The notes under the pieces: generated by a model
Told to the model about the DNA's origin: nothing
What the model saw: only the letters and a program-made list of their open reading frames with translations
The model's database searches: none
Shown here: one piece after another, positions 38,227 to 47,577 of the stretch
Numbering within the stretch: the stretch's first letter is position 1
Layout of the letters: each line of letters opens with the position of its first letter
Program-made: the position numbers and the translations under genes
Source of the DNA: Promethearchaeia archaeon
GTDB taxonomy: Archaea > Asgardarchaeota > Lokiarchaeia > Sigyniarchaeales > SOKP01
Reading direction: 5' to 3'
DNA length: 48,122 bases
Assembly: GCA_029856105.1 (NCBI GenBank)
Contig: JAHQWH010000045.1
Coordinates: forward strand, 1-48,122

Positions 38227-39315
38227 TTATTGTTTTCTCTTCCTTACATGTTTAATTAACAATATGGTTACTATGCCTAATATTGCTACTCCACTAATAA
38301 TCAAAATTAAAAAAATTATTCCACAATCGTTATTTTCGAAAATATTCTCATTACACTCGACTTCTTCTATGCATTCATTGTTTCCTAAGAAAGTATTTCC
38401 TATGACGGTGTTATAATCACTATACCACAAAAATATCCCATACTCGTTGTTATTTGCAGTGTTTCCCGAGATGGTGTTAAAATCACTCCAAAGTAAAGAA
38501 ATCCCAGAATTATCATTGTTATATGCAGTGTTTCCCGAAACGGTGTTATAATTACTAAAAGTTAAATACATCCCATACTCGTTGTTATTTGCGATGTTTC
38601 CCAAAACGGTGTTACGATCACCCGAAGCTATAATTATCCCATTCTCGTTGTTATTTGCGATGTTTCCCGAAATGGCGTTAAAAACGCTCACATGTAACAA
38701 TATCCCATGATAATTATAATTTACGTGGTTTCCCGAAATGGTGTTATAATCACTCCTATCTAAATATATACCACGAAAGTTGTTATTTACATCGTTTCCC
38801 GAGATAGTATTATTATCACTATAAAATAAACCCATCCCACTACTATTAGATGAACAATTGTTATCAATTAAGAATCCATTATCCGTGTTATTCAATAGAA
38901 TTCCCGCATTATATGCTCCTTCCGAATTGAAGACAGTGCAATTTTCAATCCTAAAGTATGCAGTGGAATTTTCAATCAAGATGCAACTTCCAGTATTATT
39001 AGTATCTATTACCAAATCTTCTATGACATAAGGGTCGGAATAAGTGCCATCCCCCGTACAAATTCCCGCACTCTTAGCAACAGTCCAATTATTATCAATA
39101 TGAATTTTACCCGAAACTGCTGAGATTTTTGGATTTTTATTATCAAAATTAATATCATCGCTATATTCCAAACTTTTGATGCTACTGCCCGTAACAAAAC
39201 CAAGATTGACGGTAATTATTGGTGATAAAGCGAAAATGATTCCTAAAGCGATTAAAATAATAATTTTTGATTTTGCATTTGATTTCATTTTATTTACTTT
39301 TCTCAGCATTTTCAT
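38227..39315 (-). CDS. cell-surface right-handed beta-helix (NosD/CASH) protein, paralogue of 24730-25845
   Basis: CTGDGT.SDPYVIE, 22-aa GI.L..SD.NTISGN repeats with about 66-bp DNA period, TM + RKRKQ tail. Confidence 0.9.
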   Translation of the reverse strand: MKMLRKVNKMKSNAKSKIIILIALGIIFALSPIITVNLGFVTGSSIKSLEYSDDINFDNKNPKISAVSGKIHIDNNWTVAKSAGICTGDGTYSDPYVIEDLVIDTNNTGSCILIENSTAYFRIENCTVFNSEGAYNAGILLNNTDNGFLIDNNCSSNSSGMGLFYSDNNTISGNDVNNNFRGIYLDRSDYNTISGNHVNYNYHGILLHVSVFNAISGNIANNNENGIIIASGDRNTVLGNIANNNEYGMYLTFSNYNTVSGNTAYNNDNSGISLLWSDFNTISGNTANNNEYGIFLWYSDYNTVIGNTFLGNNECIEEVECNENIFENNDCGIIFLILIISGVAILGIVTILLIKHVRKRKQ

Positions 39316-39525
39316 TTACCCTCTTTTTTATTTATAATGATCAAATTTCTATCATAGAATAAGGAATATAAATGTTATGCTGAAATTAACCAGTAATTTC
39401 TTACTTCTATTGGTATTTACATCTACATACTTATATACGCTTCAATTTTAACCCTTTTTTTTTCCTTTATAAGGTTACGATTAATTTAGTCTTAAAGCTT
39501 TTAAAATATATTCACATGAAATATT

Positions 39526-42456
39526 ATGCAATCGAAAAAAACTATAGTAATTGGAATTGTATCAATATTATTTTTAGCTTGTTTTTTGATTTTTGACAGC
39601 AATAGCAAGTCTCAAGTTGCCTTGGATATCGTATCATATGTCAATTTCGATACTCCAAAATCTTCCGATGTGACAAATCTTGAAATTATCGAATCTATAT
39701 TCGACTCTAAAAACGATGATTATATTACCTACGGTTATTATTCTCAACTTTACTCCGATTCGCTTCAAGCAACTTATTACGCGCTTTCAGTTTTAGACGC
39801 CATCGGAAAATTAGATGAAATTGATCAAGGAGAAGTTTCTAATTATGTAATGTCGTTTTACAACTCAAGCTCTCACCAGTTCGTAGATTCAAGCGCGAAA
39901 AGATATATGTCTTCTATAATACCAAACTTATATATGCCGCTAACTACTTTGTTAGAGGTTAATTGCTACGCGGTGCTATCTTTAGACATTTTAAACGGCC
40001 TGCAATTCATCGATACTGGTGAAACGATCGATTTTATTTGGGATTGCTACCACCCTGACCTACATGGATTTATAGGTCAGCCGTACGATGCTTCGTTAGA
40101 CGAAGGTTTTAAAATACCCACTGCGGACGATACATATTATGCTGTAATAACACTCGATCTTCTTATACCTGACTGGAACAGCTACTCCCAAGAAAGGAGC
40201 GACATCGTGAGCTTTATAGATGGGTTACAATCAATAGGCTCCCACGCAGGCTTCTATAACGATAACGAACCATTATTTGATTCTTTGTTAGAGATAGAAC
40301 CGAATCAATTCGCGTCTTTTTACGCCATCAAAACTTTAGAAACCTTTGGAAGTAGCTATATCAATGTTATTGACATGGATAGGTTTCAGCAAGATCTAAA
40401 CGACCTTTATTACCCCGACGATTTCTACTTCGATATATCTTCGGTCAATTGGTTCACTAATTATACTAATATAGTCGCAACTGCCATAAATTTAGAACTG
40501 TCAGACATGATGGATTTTACAGGTATTAACAGAAGCGAAGTAATAAGTTTCATAATTAATAATAGGAACGCTTTGGGCGGTTGGGACGCTTCGACTACGA
40601 TCAAGTACCATGAATTAATAGACACTTTTCAAATCGTTAGGTCGCTTGCAAACACGGGAGCGCTCTCGGAATTAACTCTAAGCGAGAAAAACGAGATCGC
40701 CTCTTTTATCCGGCTATTTTCCCAGTATAACGGGTACTCGTTGCTTTCGGAAGATTACACGTCAGTAGAGCTTATTCACTCGATAATTTCTTCTTACGAT
40801 TATTTCGATAAAATCGCGGACTTAGACATACAAGGGTTGTACGACCAGTTAAAAGGAAGCGCGCTGTATATGTGGGAGAAAGACTTTTTTTTCGCTTGTA
40901 CTAAGCGGGAAGCAAATGTCCCAAGCTTCCGTTCCAAACCGCTCGATTATTACACTTTGGGATATCACAAACACCTCCAAGAAATAAACGCGTTCTTCTC
41001 CCATAAAGAGACTTACTTGATTCTTAGTTCGCTACAGAAAATTTTCAAACTTAACGATTTTGCCTCCTCCCACGATCTTAATTCCGTATTGCAAGATATA
41101 ATCGATTCGCAATTTTTAGATTCTGAATACCAAGAAAATTTTGGAGCTTTTCTTTTCTATGATCTGGAGCAGATTTCGGAATGGAAGAATAGGTTGATTT
41201 ACTTGCAGTACTCTTTTTACGCGACTAAAGTTATGGAACTTATTGCTGATTATTTAGGGTTAGGACCTATTACGAATTTAGGCTTCGATAAATCGGGTTT
41301 GGCGACTTACATCGTTAGAAACGTTGTAGAATCTCCAACAGAACTTTTTTTTGATGTCGAATATTCTAACTCAATCGAGATCGCTTTAGAAAACACTTAT
41401 TACGCGATTTACATCTTGAAAGCAATTGACGAGTACAATTTGGATAGTACGAAAATAGAAAACTTCGTTTTTAACCACCTTAATTACTCAAACGTAAAAA
41501 ATCTCTATTACAGCTACAAGATATCGGAAATTTTAGACTTACAGGTCAATTTTGACGTGGAACAATCGCACTCTCTAATACAATCGATTTATTCTAACTC
41601 TCACAACGAGTTTTTTGAGTCTACGGAAAGAAACGCGCTGGAGCAAGATATTTTCGCGTGGGTCTGCGAAATGGCTAAAAACGATCAAGTAAGAGTTAAC
41701 ACCCAATACTCTAACTCCATCCAATTGGGAGAAAATAACTTAATTTCTGTTGAGCTGTGCAACCTAATTTTGTCCGATTTCGGCCAATACACGACGGTTA
41801 AACTAGAAAGCGAGCAACTCGGAACCATTTTATTAGATAAAATGACAAATCACACATATCAAAAAGAGATACACGTTCCTATCGACCCTCAGAATTACCC
41901 TCTAATCGAAGGAGAATTGTGCGTGTACGACGGTAGCCTTAAAGTTGCGCAATTCCCAATCTCTTTTCAAACTACTTTTGATACGATTTATAGCATTTCC
42001 ACTTCAAAAACAGAATCACGGATCGAAATAACAGTTCTCGCGTCCTTACGGTTTGTCTCCGGAGAACAACCAGTGTACGATGGATTTATGAGCGCCGAAG
42101 CGTATAGAGACGGTACTTACATTGATACTATATTTTTCGCTTCGGAAGACGATTTGAAAAGCACTACATTTACTTTCGTCTATCGACCTTCTTACTCCGG
42201 AAATTATCGTTTTGCAATATATATGGAAGATCCCTACCATTCGAGTTCGCAATTTGTGAGCGATATTACTTACATTTATAATGATTTAGATCCAATTCAT
42301 GGAGACGATCCTATTCCAAGTTACGAAAGCGACATAAACTTAACAATTCCATTGGCAGTGGTTATTCTTACTGTAGGATCGGGGGGGTTTGCTAGTTCTT
42401 TAATAAAATCTAAGAAAAAAATTAAAGGCAAGCTAAATAAATTTAAATCTAAATAA
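39526..42456 (+). CDS. large cell-surface protein with prenyltransferase/squalene-cyclase-like alpha-alpha repeats and C-terminal beta domains
   Basis: Signal helix; repeated TYYA...L..L and GGW/GGF-like motifs; C-terminal TM + basic tail. Confidence 0.75.
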   Translation: MQSKKTIVIGIVSILFLACFLIFDSNSKSQVALDIVSYVNFDTPKSSDVTNLEIIESIFDSKNDDYITYGYYSQLYSDSLQATYYALSVLDAIGKLDEIDQGEVSNYVMSFYNSSSHQFVDSSAKRYMSSIIPNLYMPLTTLLEVNCYAVLSLDILNGLQFIDTGETIDFIWDCYHPDLHGFIGQPYDASLDEGFKIPTADDTYYAVITLDLLIPDWNSYSQERSDIVSFIDGLQSIGSHAGFYNDNEPLFDSLLEIEPNQFASFYAIKTLETFGSSYINVIDMDRFQQDLNDLYYPDDFYFDISSVNWFTNYTNIVATAINLELSDMMDFTGINRSEVISFIINNRNALGGWDASTTIKYHELIDTFQIVRSLANTGALSELTLSEKNEIASFIRLFSQYNGYSLLSEDYTSVELIHSIISSYDYFDKIADLDIQGLYDQLKGSALYMWEKDFFFACTKREANVPSFRSKPLDYYTLGYHKHLQEINAFFSHKETYLILSSLQKIFKLNDFASSHDLNSVLQDIIDSQFLDSEYQENFGAFLFYDLEQISEWKNRLIYLQYSFYATKVMELIADYLGLGPITNLGFDKSGLATYIVRNVVESPTELFFDVEYSNSIEIALENTYYAIYILKAIDEYNLDSTKIENFVFNHLNYSNVKNLYYSYKISEILDLQVNFDVEQSHSLIQSIYSNSHNEFFESTERNALEQDIFAWVCEMAKNDQVRVNTQYSNSIQLGENNLISVELCNLILSDFGQYTTVKLESEQLGTILLDKMTNHTYQKEIHVPIDPQNYPLIEGELCVYDGSLKVAQFPISFQTTFDTIYSISTSKTESRIEITVLASLRFVSGEQPVYDGFMSAEAYRDGTYIDTIFFASEDDLKSTTFTFVYRPSYSGNYRFAIYMEDPYHSSSQFVSDITYIYNDLDPIHGDDPIPSYESDINLTIPLAVVILTVGSGGFASSLIKSKKKIKGKLNKFKSK

Positions 42457-42623
42457 AATCGTACTTATTTTTTCTCTTTTTTTAATTATTATTATATTTG
42501 TTATTAGTGAAGGCTAATCTAATATGGTTTTAGAACTTGTTAAATTTTGGGTGGATATAAAATTCAGTGATAAATATTGAAGTTAAGTTATGTTTATATC
42601 CATATTAAATTATATTATTATTT

Positions 42624-43007
42624 ATGGAAAAAGCAGATAAATATTCTCTTGTTCTTCTATTAATTTTAATCGTTTATTTAAGTTCTAGTTTTATTTTCAA
42701 CACATTTGTTAAAGATCCAGAATTGGCTGATTCCTTTGCAATCTTCGCACTTATAATTTGTCTGACATGTGTTTTTAGTTTTGTTGGATATCTAATTATA
42801 AAAAAGAAAAAGTACACGAGAAATCAAAGAATTTTCTTATTACTTTTTTTATTAATTATTGGTTTTATTGATTTTATTCTTTTTATTATTGTTATGATTT
42901 CAGGTATAATGATTTACGGCTTCATATTAGGAATTTACAATTCCATATCTCTTGGCACGTTTGTTATAATTATAGTTATTATTGAATCAAAAAGTTCAAA
43001 AATATGA
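42624..43007 (+). CDS. 4-TM membrane protein
   Basis: Hydrophobic helices, CpG-poor. Confidence 0.7.
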   Translation: MEKADKYSLVLLLILIVYLSSSFIFNTFVKDPELADSFAIFALIICLTCVFSFVGYLIIKKKKYTRNQRIFLLLFLLIIGFIDFILFIIVMISGIMIYGFILGIYNSISLGTFVIIIVIIESKSSKI

Positions 43008-43093
43008 TTTTTATTAATAATTAAACTCCATCGCTATTATTTGTAAACGCCCTAAATTTTTCCTTTTTATTCTCTCGATAAATTTATGTAGTA

Positions 43094-43669
43094 ATGACTC
43101 AGAACGCAAAAATTAAGCAGTTAAATCAGATCTTATCAGCGTTGGAGAAGTTCGAAGTCCGAAAAGATAGCCTTTTTAGTCTCGATAAGTTAGCAGACTA
43201 CCTCGATCTATCTACGAGCGAATTAGATGCATTTTTAGAGATAATTTTTCGCTTCCAAAAGTTATTTGATTGTGTTTTCGAAGGTTCCTTTCTCTGTAAA
43301 AAGTGGAAAAACGATAAAAATTACTTAATTTTAAAACCAAAATCAGAAGTTAAAGATGGTAGCGTTCTCGAACTAAAAGAAATAGAAATCGATCGAGACC
43401 AAATTAAATTGTTAAGCGACATAGTCTACTTTTTTCGACGCGTAAAAATAGGGAAAGGGTTTGATCTGAAAAAAAATGGCACTGAGCTTTCGAGAAAGGT
43501 AAAAAAGCTAAAGAAGGCTCACCCGTACTTTTTCGAGAGTAAAGGGAACGATCTCGTGTACCCTTCAAAATTGGCGATAGAAGCGGGTAACTTAATCTTG
43601 TCTTACGATAGAAGCAAAAAGTCGGTTTCCAAAATACAAATAGGAGAATACTTCGTAAAAATCGTTTAG
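43094..43669 (+). CDS. hypothetical protein, possible winged-helix DNA-binding
   Basis: FSLDKLADYLDLS.SEL HTH-like; first gene of the hef operon. Confidence 0.6.
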   Translation: MTQNAKIKQLNQILSALEKFEVRKDSLFSLDKLADYLDLSTSELDAFLEIIFRFQKLFDCVFEGSFLCKKWKNDKNYLILKPKSEVKDGSVLELKEIEIDRDQIKLLSDIVYFFRRVKIGKGFDLKKNGTELSRKVKKLKKAHPYFFESKGNDLVYPSKLAIEAGNLILSYDRSKKSVSKIQIGEYFVKIV

Positions 43670-43685
43670 AAGGAGTTCGAGGTTA

Positions 43686-45860
43686 GTGATTGAATTAGAA
43701 GAAAGAAAAAGTAATAAAAATTCGAAAATTAAATACTTGCGAGAAAAGCAGATCGAACATAGGGAGTACCAACTAAAGATAGCCCAAGCGTGTGCGTCTA
43801 AAAACTCACTGGTAGTGCTTCCAACCGGTCTAGGAAAAACCATCATCGGGGTCTATGTTGCCGCAAAAATATTAGAAAATTTTCCCCCAAAAACAAAAGT
43901 TATTGTATTAGCCCCTACGCGACCCTTAATTAACCAACACTACGATTCTTTTAGAAGTTTAATGACGATTCCAGAAGAACAATTCGTCGTTTTAACGGGC
44001 AAAATTCCTCCTGAAAAAAGAGTAGATTTTTTTCGCGAAAACCAAATCGTTTTTTACACTCCACAAACGTTGAGAAACGATCTCGCTAATAGGAAATACA
44101 CTTTAGAAAGCGTTTGCTTAATAGTCTTCGACGAGGCTCATCATGCTTCTGGCGATTACGCTTACACTTTAATAGCGGACGAGTACATGGACCAAAACCC
44201 GGACGGTACTATTTTGGGGTTGACCGCTAGCCCTGGAGCGACTAAAGAAAAAATCAAAGCTCTATGCAAAAACTTACACGTTCCTCTGGAAAACATACAC
44301 ACGCGCACGAGAAAAGACGGCGATGTAAAGACTTATTTAAAACCGATGGATGTTTATAAAATCGGCGTTAATCTTACCGAATTAATGGAAAACATTTATT
44401 TATCGATTCAAAGCCTTTTAGAAGAGAGGTTGCAGTATCTTTCGCAATTAGGATTTTTGAGCGTCAAGGCTGACAGTTTATACGCTAAAGTTATCCGTAA
44501 GGATTTATTAAAGCTCAACGCCGAATTGGTGAAGTTAGTTCAAAGAGATGGCGATAAAACCGGAGTTTATAGTGCTCTATCGGTGAACGCTCAAGGACTA
44601 ATTCTTTTTCACATGCTCGAATTAATCGAACAACAAGGTTTAGATGTTTTGTTAATCTACCTAACGAAGGTAAAGCAGGACGCTCGTAAAAAGAATAGCT
44701 CGAAAGCGGTAAAAATACTAGCTTCAGATCATAGAATAAATCAAATCTTTATTGAACTTAAAAAAAACGAAGATTATTATCCTGAAAGATTGATTCACCC
44801 AAAATTTTACGTATTAGAAAAATTGTTGGTTCAAGAGTTCGAAAATAACCCGCCCTCGAGGGTTTTAGTATTCGTAAAGCTTCGAGACTCGGTAAAAAAC
44901 ATAACAAATAAACTTAAAGTAAACGGAAAAAACTTAATAAAACCCGCTCGATTCGTGGGGCAATCAACCAAATCTAAAGACGACAAAGGACTCTCTCAGA
45001 AAAAACAACTCGAAATATTAGACCAATTCAAACAAGGAAATTATAACGTTTTAATCTCAACTAACGTTGGAGAAGAAGGCCTCGACATAGCGGAGTGCGA
45101 TTTAGTGGTTTTTTATGACGTAGTAGCTTCAGAGATTAGGTTCATCCAGAGAAAAGGAAGAACGGCGCGACATAGGGAAGGGAAAGTAATTATCCTTTAT
45201 TGTAAGGACACGCACGATGAGATTTACATGCATATCGCTCTGAACAAGCTAAAGAAAATGAACTTTAACCTCAAAAGCGGGAAGCAATTAAAAACCACAT
45301 ATAATAATTCTCAAGCTCCTGGAGAAACTATAACTAACGCGAGATTAATAACGGAAGTACCCCTTGAAGACGTGAAAAAGATAAACGGCAATCAGAAACA
45401 AGGCAATTTGCAATCGTACATTCAAAAAACTCCAAGTGCGAAAAAAGAAAAACCTTTGACTGCTGAAATTAAAATAAGTCGATCTTTTTCCGTTAAATTT
45501 GGGATAAGGAAAAAGCTCCAACGCGACCAAATCCCTTTCGAAGTAGTTAAGTCAATAATTCACTTAAATTTGCTTGATCGAGTAATAATCCAAGTAATAG
45601 ATCCCCACCAATTCGTAGAGGATGTGCTTTTAAAAAAAATTACTTTATTAAGCAAAAAATACCACTTAATAGTTTCGATTTTCGATTTCGTCAATTTTAA
45701 TGAAGAATTTCGGGAAGAAGAAAGGTTGATTAAACAAAAAGTTATTAAATGGGGGCAGACGAACGATCTTCAAGCGATATCAATCGACAATCCCGAAGAA
45801 TTGTATTTTATCGTTAAAAACATATATTTACACGCTAAAAAAAAAATTGAAAGTGGATAA
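43686..45860 (+). CDS. hef: Hef/FANCM/Mph1-family SF2 helicase with degenerate C-terminal nuclease-like domain
   Basis: REYQ, LPTGLGKT, APTRPL, DEAHHA, GLTASPG, RFVGQ, EEGLDI, QRKGRTAR. Confidence 0.92.
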   Translation: MIELEERKSNKNSKIKYLREKQIEHREYQLKIAQACASKNSLVVLPTGLGKTIIGVYVAAKILENFPPKTKVIVLAPTRPLINQHYDSFRSLMTIPEEQFVVLTGKIPPEKRVDFFRENQIVFYTPQTLRNDLANRKYTLESVCLIVFDEAHHASGDYAYTLIADEYMDQNPDGTILGLTASPGATKEKIKALCKNLHVPLENIHTRTRKDGDVKTYLKPMDVYKIGVNLTELMENIYLSIQSLLEERLQYLSQLGFLSVKADSLYAKVIRKDLLKLNAELVKLVQRDGDKTGVYSALSVNAQGLILFHMLELIEQQGLDVLLIYLTKVKQDARKKNSSKAVKILASDHRINQIFIELKKNEDYYPERLIHPKFYVLEKLLVQEFENNPPSRVLVFVKLRDSVKNITNKLKVNGKNLIKPARFVGQSTKSKDDKGLSQKKQLEILDQFKQGNYNVLISTNVGEEGLDIAECDLVVFYDVVASEIRFIQRKGRTARHREGKVIILYCKDTHDEIYMHIALNKLKKMNFNLKSGKQLKTTYNNSQAPGETITNARLITEVPLEDVKKINGNQKQGNLQSYIQKTPSAKKEKPLTAEIKISRSFSVKFGIRKKLQRDQIPFEVVKSIIHLNLLDRVIIQVIDPHQFVEDVLLKKITLLSKKYHLIVSIFDFVNFNEEFREEERLIKQKVIKWGQTNDLQAISIDNPEELYFIVKNIYLHAKKKIESG

Positions 45861-46431
45861 AATGGAAGAAAATGCTTTTAAGAAAGACGAAACGCCTTAT
45901 TTAGTGTTTGTTTGTAAAAAATGTCATCAGTATTCTTACGTTAAAACCACTCAAAAAACCAAGAAATGCTTGCGCTGCGGCCGCACCCACCAAGTAAAAG
46001 ACCTGTTAAGGCTAGGTGAGATAGTTAATGGCATGACCGAAGCTGTAAATACTGTGAAAAAAAAGCAAACCGAACTAGCGATTCCAGAGTTCAGGTCGGA
46101 GGGCGATTTCGTTGTTGCTACAAACAAATTCTCAACTCGAACTCCTATTAAAAAAAGTAAGAATAAAGTTCTATCGAATAAAGATAGCAATAAGATTATA
46201 GATTTTAAAGAACAGTTTATCGAGATTCTGCTCGAACTCTCGAAGTTGTACGGTAAATTTCCTAAATACATGCTCGAGATCATGGCAGAAAATTACGAAA
46301 TTCCAGCTTTGGAATTAAAATTACTTATCAAAAGTTTTAAGAAACAAGGTATTTTAACCGAGCTAAAAAACGAGAACTTTTATTATCAACTATATATAAA
46401 GCATATCTCAAATTTTCACACTAAGGATTAA
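45847..46431 (+). CDS. DUF1922-like zinc ribbon fused to a winged-helix-like domain
   Basis: YLVFVCKKC...QKTKKCLRCG; C-terminal LIKSFKKQGIL.......YYQL. Confidence 0.65.
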   Translation: MKVDKMEENAFKKDETPYLVFVCKKCHQYSYVKTTQKTKKCLRCGRTHQVKDLLRLGEIVNGMTEAVNTVKKKQTELAIPEFRSEGDFVVATNKFSTRTPIKKSKNKVLSNKDSNKIIDFKEQFIEILLELSKLYGKFPKYMLEIMAENYEIPALELKLLIKSFKKQGILTELKNENFYYQLYIKHISNFHTKD

Positions 46432-46471
46432 TAACTAAAGCTATCAAAACAATTTTTTTTTGTGATTTTTC

Positions 46472-46723
46472 TCATTTGGTTCTTTTTCTAAAAACTCGCA
46501 TTGCGTTGGCAAATTCTTGTTTCATTACACTTTTGTATAGCGGATCGTGCGCTTCGAAAGGTATATTCTCGCTACCAGAATATAAGTCGGGAGTGTTCGT
46601 GTTTTTTTCAATCTTGGAAAAAGGGACTATGATTTTCGAGAGAATGATTTCGATGTTGTCATACTCTTGGACTTCTACAATCACCGGCTCTTGTTTATTT
46701 TTTTTATCTGCTTCTAAACTCAT
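46472..46723 (-). CDS. small hypothetical protein
   Basis: 83-aa ORF with T-rich/TATA motif upstream. Confidence 0.6.
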   Translation of the reverse strand: MSLEADKKNKQEPVIVEVQEYDNIEIILSKIIVPFSKIEKNTNTPDLYSGSENIPFEAHDPLYKSVMKQEFANAMRVFRKRTK

Positions 46724-46970
46724 TTTACTCGCTTTTAAGATTTTACTACCAAGAAACAGCGATCTTATATAAAAAAAAATTATCTTTTTTTTTCTATTCT
46801 ACCAAAAAATCGAGATTAAGGGGGCTTATCCCCCCTCTTAATGCACTCTACTTATATTAATACATTTCTACGCACAAGAACACATGGTTTAGATAAACGA
46901 TAAGTATTATAAATTACATAAAATATTGGTTAATCAAACACAATATAGTAAAAATTTGTAGGTAATCTTT

Positions 46971-47201
46971 ATGAGAAAAAAGACTATAGGAATAATTTTA
47001 ATAATTATTGGATTTTACTTATCGGTTTTTAATACGATTATGTCGATTCTATTGAATAGGGTACCGAATAGCGGAAGTCCAAGCGACGAATTGAGGAATT
47101 GGTGGATAAATTTTGGATTGTCAACATTAATAATTGCCGGAGTAGGTGTATTTTTAATTATAGTAGGTTGTTATTATTTGATAAAAAAAAGATTAGACTA
47201 A
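46971..47201 (+). CDS. small 2-TM membrane protein
   Basis: AGGT RBS, two hydrophobic helices. Confidence 0.65.
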   Translation: MRKKTIGIILIIIGFYLSVFNTIMSILLNRVPNSGSPSDELRNWWINFGLSTLIIAGVGVFLIIVGCYYLIKKRLD

Positions 47202-47285
47202 CTCAACTTTGATTACGAGATAGACTCTCCTTTTCCATATCAAGAAAAGAACCACTCTTTATATCTTAATATATTATATGAAAAA

Positions 47286-47573
47286 TTATATATCAGTAAA
47301 ATCTTTGTTGACATCTTTCAAGTAAAGCTTCATAAAGTACCGTTGGCGCTTTAAATAATCTTTTACTTGACTCGAATTCATATCCGGATTGCTTTTAATC
47401 ATTTTTTGGATGAATTGTAGAACTTCAAAGTTCTGCTCTTTTGTATTTTCAAACTCTATAATTTTATAATTATCTTGGTCGTCGCTTGATTCTTTAAAGA
47501 CTAAAAAATCTTTCATCCTCACTTTTTTTTTGAAGTTGAGGTCAAATGGATCTTTTTCGGTCTTAGAGTCCAT
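47286..47573 (-). CDS. hypothetical protein downstream of the Hel308-like gene
   Basis: 95-aa ORF starting 4 nt after the helicase stop. Confidence 0.65.
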   Translation of the reverse strand: MDSKTEKDPFDLNFKKKVRMKDFLVFKESSDDQDNYKIIEFENTKEQNFEVLQFIQKMIKSNPDMNSSQVKDYLKRQRYFMKLYLKDVNKDFTDI

Positions 47574-47577
47574 TTTT

